In this document: positions 47,486 to 55,900 of the stretch, piece by piece
Layout: every line of letters starts with the position of its first letter
How positions within the stretch are numbered: the stretch's first letter is position 1
Origin: Faecalibacterium sp. CAG:1138
GTDB taxonomy: Bacteria; Bacillota; Clostridia; Christensenellales; CAG-917
Length of the DNA: 64,000 nt
NCBI GenBank assembly: GCA_000434675.1
Contig: HF988646.1
Location: 9,712-73,711, forward strand
Reading direction: 5' to 3'
Translations under genes and position numbers: made by a program
Notes under the pieces: model-generated
Told to the model about the DNA's origin: nothing
Databases searched by the model: none
What the model saw: the letters and a program-made list of their open reading frames with translations, nothing else

Positions 47486-48144
47486 TGGAATATTTACATA
47501 GGAAAGACAAAAAGAAAACTTCAGCGCGAGAAGATTTTGAGAAAAGATTATTGCCGAAAGTGAGAGAATATTTGCGGAAAGATTTCGGTAAAAAGAAATG
47601 GGTGTTTAATGAATCCCTTGTCGGTAGTACAAAACGCAATTTAGTCTTGGTTGGGAACGAAGGCTTTGATATGGATTACCAATTACGGTTCGATTGTATT
47701 CCAGATAAATACTTAAAAGATGCCAAAGCTATGAAAGAATTGTTTCGAAATTATTTAAATAAAGCAAAGAAAGAACTCGGAATAGCCTTGACAGATTGCG
47801 AAGATTCTACACATGTGCTTACGATGAAGAAAATAGTTAATACAAAAGTTGATTATTCGTATGATATAGCAATTTTACGATTAAATGAATGCGGACAATA
47901 TGTAATTTTGAAGAATGAAAAGCAAGGCAGACAAGATGATTATCATTATGTACCGTTACCTGATTGTGGAGATTTTAACGAACGGTATAAAAAAGTGAAA
48001 ACTCAAGAAGCGTGGGCGTTGTTACGTGATAAATATAAAGTTAAAAAAGGAAAATATCAATACACAAATCAAGATGATAGACCTGCTTCATTTTCATTAC
48101 TGGGACAGGCGGTAAATGAAGTTATACAGAAATTAGAACTGTGA
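47485..48144 (+). CDS. Minimal Pol-beta-superfamily nucleotidyltransferase (MNT-like)
   Basis: G-S (47623-47628), 13 residues, then D-M-D (47668-47676), with a later YSYDIAIL strand carrying the third Asp. The ATG overlaps the upstream TAA (TAATG). Confidence 0.6.
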   Translation: MEYLHRKDKKKTSAREDFEKRLLPKVREYLRKDFGKKKWVFNESLVGSTKRNLVLVGNEGFDMDYQLRFDCIPDKYLKDAKAMKELFRNYLNKAKKELGIALTDCEDSTHVLTMKKIVNTKVDYSYDIAILRLNECGQYVILKNEKQGRQDDYHYVPLPDCGDFNERYKKVKTQEAWALLRDKYKVKKGKYQYTNQDDRPASFSLLGQAVNEVIQKLEL

Positions 48145-48235
48145 GAAGTTAAACAAAGGAGATTATCGTGCAAAAATCCTTTTTGTGCAATCGTTAAAGG
48201 CTTGCGACTTTTCAAAGCGAGTGAAGAACAAATCC

Positions 48236-49891
48236 CTACGGCGATGAGCGAAGAAACGACAAAAAGGGTAAACTGCCATAAAAACGGCAATTTACCCCTG
48301 TTTTGCATAGAAAAAGACACACGCGTCGGAGTTTTATACGCTCCTTTTGCGTGTGTCTTGATGGTGCCGTGTGGCATAATTTGTACGAACCTGTGTTAGA
48401 AGAAATAGCGGTTTTATCCGCCGTTTCTATTTCGCTTTCCGTTTTTGTGACGTGTTCTTTTGTTAATTTCAAGTGTTCGGGGCAGTCTGTAAAGTTGTAT
48501 GTAATCACTATCTCATCGTCATAAAGTATTACTTCCCGTATAAACGCATTAACAATTAGTTTCCGCACTTTTATATCGTCCGTGTTATCAAACACAAATT
48601 TACTCAAATACATTTCTATATCGTCCGCAGTTAAGTATGTGTAACTGCGGGCTTTTTCTTTAAGGATTTCCACGTCGTATTGCGATATTAGATTTTCAAG
48701 TTCGGTCAGACGGCTTTTCGTCGTTTCGGTGATTATGCCTTGCTCGATTGCCTTTACGATATTATTCTGTGCCTTTACCGCCTCGGCGCGTTTCTTTTCA
48801 ATAAATTTCAAAGCCGTGTTGTCTGCGGTTTCTTTTTTATGTACGTTGTATATGCTTTGCGCAATCTTCTTGATATTGTTCACGCTCGATAACATTTGAG
48901 TCGTTGCGTTTATCACCGTATCTTCGATAAACTGTTTTTGCACTCTGCCCATATTACATTTAGCACGCTTGCGACGTTTTGAAAGGCAAATATAGTAGTA
49001 ATGAATTGCACCCGTATGAGAAGTTCCGCTTTCACCGCCCATTCTGTGCTTACAATCTCCGCATATAAGTTTTCCCGAAAGGATATAGTCGAAAATCTCT
49101 TTTTTACGGCTCGGCGCAAGTTTGTTTTCTTCGTTTATTGCATTTACCTTGTTCCAAAGTTCGTCGGATATAATCCTCGGAAAGATGTTATCGTATGATT
49201 CCCCTTGGTGTTCGACAACGCCGGTATATCTCTTGTTGTGCAGAATGAAATACAAGTATTTGTGGTCTACGAGTTTTCCGTTCTTTCTGCGACAACCGCA
49301 TTCCTTGAATTTATCCGCAATGGCAACTGCTTTGTAGCCCTGCGAATACATCAAAAACGCATCTTCCACGATTTTGCTTTCGTATTCGTTCACAACGTAT
49401 TTTTTGTCAACGACGTCATAGCCGAAAATGTCTTGTCCACCCGTGGCTTTGCCTTTGCGCCAACTCTCTTTCAGTCCGCGATTGACTTTTTGCGTAAGTT
49501 CTTCCGAAAAGTATTGATTAAAACCTTCCAAAACGGTTTCCATCATACGACCTTCGGGGCTGTCCGTAAGGTTTTCCATTGCAGAGAGAATTGTTACGCC
49601 GTTATCTCGGAGCGTCTTCTTGTGTATTATCGATTCAAACTTGTTACGAGAAAATCGATCAAGTTTGTAAACGATAAGGTACTGCCACTCTTTGCGGCTG
49701 CTGTCTTTCAGCATTTTTTGAAATGCGACACGGTTGTCGTTCGTTCCCGTCATAGCGCGGTCGATATAGGTATCGACTATGAGTATATCGTTGTTTTGAG
49801 CATACTCTCGACACACACGAAGTTGTCCTTCAATAGATTGTTCGGTTTGGCTATCGCTAGAATAACGGGCATAAATAATTGCTTTTTTCAT
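48236..49891 (-). CDS. Large serine recombinase
   Basis: Resolvase domain AIIYARYSSDSQ...YKLDRFSRN, followed by recombinase and zinc-ribbon regions (CGDCKHRM...C). The last ~40 codons lie beyond a terminator-like hairpin, so the 3' end is uncertain. Confidence 0.9.
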   Translation of the reverse strand: MKKAIIYARYSSDSQTEQSIEGQLRVCREYAQNNDILIVDTYIDRAMTGTNDNRVAFQKMLKDSSRKEWQYLIVYKLDRFSRNKFESIIHKKTLRDNGVTILSAMENLTDSPEGRMMETVLEGFNQYFSEELTQKVNRGLKESWRKGKATGGQDIFGYDVVDKKYVVNEYESKIVEDAFLMYSQGYKAVAIADKFKECGCRRKNGKLVDHKYLYFILHNKRYTGVVEHQGESYDNIFPRIISDELWNKVNAINEENKLAPSRKKEIFDYILSGKLICGDCKHRMGGESGTSHTGAIHYYYICLSKRRKRAKCNMGRVQKQFIEDTVINATTQMLSSVNNIKKIAQSIYNVHKKETADNTALKFIEKKRAEAVKAQNNIVKAIEQGIITETTKSRLTELENLISQYDVEILKEKARSYTYLTADDIEMYLSKFVFDNTDDIKVRKLIVNAFIREVILYDDEIVITYNFTDCPEHLKLTKEHVTKTESEIETADKTAISSNTGSYKLCHTAPSRHTQKERIKLRRVCLFLCKTGVNCRFYGSLPFLSFLRSSP

Positions 49892-50150
49892 TTTGGTTAT
49901 TAACTCCTTTTAATTTTTTTGTCTTTCGACGGAAACCGAACAATCCGATTTTGGCGAACACAGCAAGGAAACAGTAAAAAATATAGGGAAATTTTTTGTG
50001 TCTTTATAGTTCTCACTATATTTTTTACCCTTGCGGTGGCTCGATTTGTGTTTGCATACATAAAAGTTTTCAGACCGAAATCGGATAGGCTTTCCGCGAG
50101 AAAGAAAAAACGTCTTGTTTCTTCCTTGTCCACAAGACTACAAGCCAAAG

Positions 50151-50167
50151 TCGCAAGTTTTTTGCGA
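50151..50167. promoter_or_regulatory. Palindromic operator-like site TCGCAA-N5-TTGCGA (copy 1)
   Basis: Exact 6-bp inverted arms with a 5-bp spacer, followed by GTTCGA. Confidence 0.5.
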
Positions 50168-50211
50168 GTTCGACTGAAATTTTCCAAAAAAATGAAAAAA
50201 ATTATTCAAAG

Positions 50212-50228
50212 TCGCAAGAAAGTTGCGA
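50212..50228. promoter_or_regulatory. Palindromic operator-like site TCGCAA-N5-TTGCGA (copy 2)
   Basis: Same arms and spacing, 61 bp after copy 1, followed by GTTTGA. Confidence 0.5.
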
Positions 50229-50267
50229 GTTTGACCGCTATCCTTTGGGCAAAAAGGAGAAACGGCT

Positions 50268-50456
50268 ATGAACAAGCAATATAAAATAACCACAATCGGC
50301 ACTCCGAACATTGAAAAGATGTCAACGGCGGAACAAAAATCGTTTTACAGCACTCTACTGTCTTTAATGACGGAATACTTCCGCAATGATGCCGAAGCAA
50401 AAAGCACAAACGCCCCCGACTGCTCCGAAAATGCAAACGACATAAACTCGGGGTAA
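50268..50456 (+). CDS. Small hypothetical protein (62 aa) of the island
   Basis: AAAGGAGA SD 7 nt upstream of the ATG. No recognisable domain. Confidence 0.4.
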   Translation: MNKQYKITTIGTPNIEKMSTAEQKSFYSTLLSLMTEYFRNDAEAKSTNAPDCSENANDINSG

Positions 50457-50632
50457 AATGAAAGTCCACGCACGGCGGAGAAAAAGGCGAAAGATCGCCA
50501 AGCGGGTTAGCGGCGACTTCGCCTTCCGCCCGTGCTTTCATTGTCCGATTTAGGTTTGTTTGTTCGGACAGAGGCGTGGCTTGTCTTCGGCGAGGCGCAG
50601 CCGAGCCGACTTGTATCAAGACAAACCACGCC
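50457..50632. ncRNA. Candidate structured RNA or DNA element: three consecutive GC-rich hairpins (family unknown)
   Basis: Hairpin 1 spans 50457-50542 with nested stems AATGAAAG/CTTTCATT, GCACGGCGGA/TCCGCCCGTGC, AGGCGAA/TTCGCCT and TCGCC/GGCGA. Hairpin 2 is TGTCCGA/TCGGACA (50542-50570). Hairpin 3 is GGCGTGGCTTGTCTT/AAGACAAACCACGCC (50573-50632). The strand is unresolved. Confidence 0.35.
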
Positions 50633-50644
50633 TAATTGCCAACG

Positions 50645-50661
50645 TCGCAAAAACCTTGCGA
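50645..50661. promoter_or_regulatory. Palindromic operator-like site TCGCAA-N5-TTGCGA (copy 3)
   Basis: Same arms and spacing, 47 bp upstream of the integrase ATG. Confidence 0.5.
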
Positions 50662-50707
50662 GTTTGAAAATTTGAAAAATCAATTAAAAATCATAGGAGA
50701 ATAAAAA

Positions 50708-51634
50708 ATGAAATATATAGAATGGCTGAATATTTGGCTTAACAATTACATAAAGCCAAGCGCAAAAGGACGCACATACATTCGTTATGAGCAACTAATA
50801 CGAACCCACATTGCCCCGAAAATCGGTGGTAACGACATAAACGACCTTACGCCTATCGTTTTGCAATCGTTTGTTACGGAATTATTGAATAGCGGTAATC
50901 TGAAAACCGGCAAAGAGTTATCGGCAAACTTTGTAAATATGGTCATATCTGTTATTCAGAACTCATTGAAAACGGCGCATTTAGTAGGTATCGCAAACGA
51001 ATATGTGGCAAACAAAATAAAACGCCCCAAGACAAAGGAAAAGCAAGTCGAATGTTTTTCCTGCCAGGAGCAGAAGAAAATTGAAAATTATGTATTGAAT
51101 AATGGCAAAGATAAATTATTCGGTGTTGTTTTATGCCTTTACACGGGTTTACGCATCGGCGAACTGCTCGCTTTAACGTGGGGCGATATTGATTTCGGCA
51201 ATGGTTTGCTTTTCGTTTCAAAAACGTGCCACGACGGAAACGACGGTATAAATCATATCCGCATCATCGACAGCCCGAAAACCGTTCATTCCCGCAGGGT
51301 AATACCGTTGCCGAAACAAATATTGTCCTTGCTTAAAGGCGTAAAAAAGCGTTCCAAATGCGAATATATCATAGCCGATAGCGATAAGCCCGTGTTCGTG
51401 CGCTCGTATCAACGAACTTTTGAACTACTATTGAAAAAACTAAACATTCCACATAAAGGCTTTCACTCCTTACGCCATACGTTCGCTACCCGTGCAATGG
51501 AATGTGGAATGGACGTTAAAACTCTTTCGGAACTGTTAGGACATAAAAATGCAACGATTACGCTTAACCGATATGCTCATTCCTTGCTTGAACACAAGGT
51601 AGATATGATGAATAGATTAGGAAAGTTGTTATAA
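50708..51634 (+). CDS. Tyrosine-type site-specific recombinase/integrase
   Basis: SAM-like N-terminal domain plus the catalytic residues: R in GLRIGELLAL, HSLRHTFAT, and Y in LNRYAH. Confidence 0.9.
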   Translation: MKYIEWLNIWLNNYIKPSAKGRTYIRYEQLIRTHIAPKIGGNDINDLTPIVLQSFVTELLNSGNLKTGKELSANFVNMVISVIQNSLKTAHLVGIANEYVANKIKRPKTKEKQVECFSCQEQKKIENYVLNNGKDKLFGVVLCLYTGLRIGELLALTWGDIDFGNGLLFVSKTCHDGNDGINHIRIIDSPKTVHSRRVIPLPKQILSLLKGVKKRSKCEYIIADSDKPVFVRSYQRTFELLLKKLNIPHKGFHSLRHTFATRAMECGMDVKTLSELLGHKNATITLNRYAHSLLEHKVDMMNRLGKLL

Positions 51635-51643
51635 ATCATAAAC

Positions 51644-51841
51644 AAAAAGTGTGCATCAAACAAAATAATTGATGCACACTTTTTAATTATTATAGCAAAT
51701 TTTTCTGCAAAAATCAAGGCGTATTGACTGCTTGTGCATGAATTGTTGTGATATTGCCGTTTTTTTTGATGCACGTTCAAGCCAAATGCGTACACGGAAT
51801 ATTTTGATTGATGCACTATCAGTGGCTGAAAAGTGCATCAA
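51644..51841. repeat. Five copies of a TTGATGCAC motif in both orientations between the integrase gene and the downstream operon
   Basis: GTGCATCAA at 51651-51659 and 51833-51841. TTGATGCAC at 51669-51677, 51766-51774 and 51808-51816. The first pair also forms the integrase terminator hairpin (51644-51684). Confidence 0.6.
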
Positions 51842-51935
51842 AAACAATGCGGCATTTAGTTTTTTATTTTAATTGCCTTCTATGTTTTATCGCTTAAACA
51901 GCCATGCTTTACTACTTTTGGCAAAGGATGAAGCA

Positions 51936-52934
51936 ATGAAGGTAGACTTCTCGAAGATAGAAATAAATTCCAAATATATCTATGCGTTGGATTCTCGGGT
52001 ACTGAAAATTCTTCTCAAAGATAAAACGACCAAGAAAAATATCATTTGGGCTACCGATGAATATTCAAATTTCGGTATTGGATATTCTGCTGATGACGAA
52101 ATTTATCCTACAGATATCGAAGGTATCACATCAATTATTACTCCGCGAGTGGCAAAAAGCAAAGAATCTCAAACGACGCGTATCCGCGGTATGGCAGAAG
52201 TTTTTACTCCGTCTTGGGTTTGCAATAAGCAAAACAACCTAATCGATTGCGCATGGTTCGGCAGAAACGACGTATTCAATGCAGAAATAGCAAACGGATG
52301 GCAAACGATTGACGCGAAAATCGACTTCCCCGATGCAAAAGGCAAATCGTGGCAGGATTACGTTAAGGCAAATCGCCTTGAAATTTCTTGCGGCGAAGCC
52401 CCTTATCTTACAAGCCGATACGACGCCGTTTCCGGCGAGATGATTCCCGTAAAAAACAGAATCGGATTTTTAGACAGAAAGTTGCGTGTTGTGTCCGAAA
52501 ACGCAGACTCCGAAAAGGAATGGTATTCATGGGCAAAAAAGGCTGTTCAGAGCGTTTACGGGTACGATTTGCAGGGCGACAACGTTTTGCTTGCCAGAGA
52601 AAATTTATTATTTACGTTTATCGAGCATTACGAAGATAAGTTTGACGTTCCCCCGATACCGGAATACTTAATCGAAATCGCAAAGATTTTGGCTTGGAAC
52701 ATTTTTCAGATGGACGGTATCAAATTTGTTGTTCCGGGCAGTTGCCGAAATAAAACCGTTAAAACCGAAACGCTGTTCGGCGTTGAAACCACTGAAGAAC
52801 GGTGTATCGGCTGCCGAACGAACGATAACGGAAAGCACAACGGCATTTATTGCAGAACTTACGATTGGGCTGCAAACGAATCCGTAGAGTTTTATTCGAG
52901 TTTTATAAGGGGGAAGCAAAATGGCAAAGTATGA
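51936..52934 (+). CDS. Methyltransferase-fold protein with a degenerate SAM loop and no NPPY motif (332 aa)
   Basis: Motif X-like AEVFTP (52194-52211) is present. LEISCGEAPYL (52377-52409) sits where LEPxCGxGxFL is expected. YGYDLQGDNVLLARENL is motif II-like. The C-terminus has a CIGC...H...C cluster. Start chosen at ATG 51936 (AAGGA SD). Confidence 0.6.
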   Translation: MKVDFSKIEINSKYIYALDSRVLKILLKDKTTKKNIIWATDEYSNFGIGYSADDEIYPTDIEGITSIITPRVAKSKESQTTRIRGMAEVFTPSWVCNKQNNLIDCAWFGRNDVFNAEIANGWQTIDAKIDFPDAKGKSWQDYVKANRLEISCGEAPYLTSRYDAVSGEMIPVKNRIGFLDRKLRVVSENADSEKEWYSWAKKAVQSVYGYDLQGDNVLLARENLLFTFIEHYEDKFDVPPIPEYLIEIAKILAWNIFQMDGIKFVVPGSCRNKTVKTETLFGVETTEERCIGCRTNDNGKHNGIYCRTYDWAANESVEFYSSFIRGKQNGKV

Positions 52935-55900
52935 CGTTGCAAGTTACAACTTGATCTACATATATGCTATCAACGATGAAACGCATAAAGGCTTGTTGAA
53001 AATCGGTCAGACTTCGTTTTCGTCCAAATACAGCATTGCACAGTTGCCACCGAATTGTTCTGCGCTGAACCAAAATGCACATGCACGAATACAGCAACAG
53101 ACAAAAACCGCTCTTGTTTCATACGATTTGCTCTATACGGAACTTGCCACAAGAACAATCACCATGGCGGATGGTTCAAAACAAATTCAGTCTTTCCAAG
53201 ACTATGACGTCCACGACGTGATTTTGCAGTCGGGCTACTCGGCTGTAAAATTTGTTGAAAGCGGCAAGCAAAGCGAATGGTTCAAAATCGATTTATCGTC
53301 TGCAAAAGCCGCTATTTCGGCGGTAAAAGAAGGTAAAGCGGTTCTTCCCGACGCAAAAACTTCCGTAGTCGTTGCACAAAAGCAAAAAATCACGCTCCGG
53401 AACGAACAGAAAGAAAACGTTGAAAAAACGATAGATATTTTCAAGCGTTACGACACAATGCTATGGAACTGCAAAATGCGTTACGGCAAGACGGTTACCG
53501 CTTACGAACTTATCAAACGTCAGCATTATCAAAAAGTAATCGTCATTACTCACCGCCCCGCAGTAGAGGACGGTTGGGGAACAGACCATGATTTGATGTT
53601 TGCAGGCACAAATCATCTTTTCATCGACAAAACAAATGGTTCTGTCGATTACGACAGCGCAATAGATGCTGATAACGATTTCAAATTAAAACAAACGGTT
53701 CAATCTCAAACGCCGTTTGTCTATTTTGCATCTATTCAAGATTTGAGAGGTTCCAAACGAGTCGGTGGAAAATACAACAAAAACAATGCCGTTTTCGATA
53801 TGGACTGGGATTTGCTTATCATTGACGAAGCCCATGAAGGAACGTCAACCGATTTAGGCGATGCCGTTATAAAAACGTTACGAAAGCCAAACACAAAGGT
53901 ATTGCTATTGTCTGGTACGCCGTACAACATAATGAGCGAGTTTGACGAAAACAAGTACACGTGGACTTACGTCGACGAACAAAAAGCCAAGGCGGAATGG
54001 GAAGAAAATCATCCAAACGAGCGAAATCCTTACGAAGAACTCCCGAAGATGAACATTTTTACCTTCGACTTGTCCGAGCAAATGCCGACGTCCTATCGTT
54101 TCGTTACCGAAGATTCGGCATTCAATTTCCGTGAATTTTTCCGCACATGGACGGGCGACGTAGAAAAAGATTTCAGAATTATTCCCGAAGGTAAATCCGT
54201 CGGCGATTTCGTATACGAAGATGACGTATACAACTTTTTGTCGCTCATTTCAAGCGATAGTCAAGACAGCAACTATCCGTTTTCGACGGAAGAATACAGA
54301 GATATGTTTGCGCACACATTCTGGATTGTTCCCGGTGTAAAAGAAGCAAAAGCATTAAGCGCATTGATTCAGCGTCATCCGAATTTCAAGGATTTTGAAG
54401 TTGTTAATATTGCGGGTGACGGCGACGAAGAAAAACCTTACAGCGAAGCACTTGCCTTGGTTCGCAGTTCAATCAAATCATTTGCGAAAACAATCACGAT
54501 TTCTTGCGGAAAACTCACAACCGGTGTTACCGTTCGAGAATGGTCTGCCGTAATGATGCTTTCGGGTTCGTCGTCAACTTCCGCATCGGGATATATGCAA
54601 GCCATTTTCCGTGTTCAATCTCCGGGATATATCAACGGCAGGCAAAAGAAAAACTGTTATGTTTTCGATTTTGCTCCAGATAGAACGCTCAAAGTCATTG
54701 CCGAAGTACACAGAGTTACCAACAAGGGCTTAAAAGACGACGAAAAGGCAAAGAAGGCTCTTGGCGAGTTTATCAATTTCTGCCCGATCATTTCCGTTGA
54801 AGGCACGGTTATGCGCTCTTACAACGTGGACGAAATGATGCGTCAAATCAAACGCATATCCGTTGACGCGGCAATCAATAGCGGTTTTGACGACGATACG
54901 ATTTATCTTTCCGATGCAGGAATGAAAATAAGCCAATTTGATCAGGACATCTTGCGCAAACTTGCCGACGTGGTAACACCTCAAAAGAAAGGCAAAAAAC
55001 AAACTGACGTTGTAATTTCTGACAGCGGTATGACCGATGAACAGCATAAGTTGGCAGACAAAGCAAAGCGTAAGCCGAAAAAAGAGCTTACCGAAGAAGA
55101 AAAGGCTGCACTTGAACTTTATAAAAAGCAAAAAGAAGAACAAAAGAAAATGTTCAATCTCTTGCGTGCTGTTTCGATACGTTTGCCGCTCTTGTTCTAT
55201 GGTGCGGACGCCGACATTACCGAAATCATTCACCTGAAAGACTTCGTGCAAATCGTCGACGACGAATCTTGGGGCGAATTTATGCCAAAAGGTTTACGCA
55301 AGGATCTGTTCCTCGACATTTTGAGGTATTACGATGAAGACGTTGTAATCGGCGCGGGACTTCGTATCAGAAAAATGGCAAAAGCCGCCGACGAATTGCC
55401 GCCTACTTACAGAGCAAAGCGTATTGTCGAAATAATGTCAAAATTCAAAAATCCCGACAAGGAAACCGTCCTTACGCCTTGGCGCGTCGTCAATATGCAC
55501 ATGGGCAATACATTGGGCGGATACAACTTCTTTGACGAAGATTTTCAAAAGGAATTGGACGAACCGCGAGTAATAGACAACGGCGAAATCACTTCGGATA
55601 TTTTCCTAAATACCGATGCGAAAGTGCTTGAAATGAACTCAAAGTCGGGCTTATATCCGCTTTATCTGGCGTACTCGTTCTATATGCTCAACGTTTCAGG
55701 CAAAGAAAAAGATTTGCCGCTCGAAACGATGCAAAAAATATGGTTCGACACCTTGGACAAGCATATTTTCGTGCTTTGCAAAACAAAAATGGCTCGTATG
55801 ATTACCATTCGTACACTTGCGGGCTATTCAAATAAAACTGTTCATGCGATATATTTGACAAAACTTGTTGAAGAACGCATGAAGGACTTGGATCGTCTTT

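Noticed and set aside
50266-50619. 117-aa minus-strand ORF covering the GC-rich structured element
   Set aside because: It has no SD and a Pro/Arg/Ser/Cys-rich nonsense-like sequence. It overlaps the better-supported plus-strand small ORF and coincides with stem-loop symmetry.
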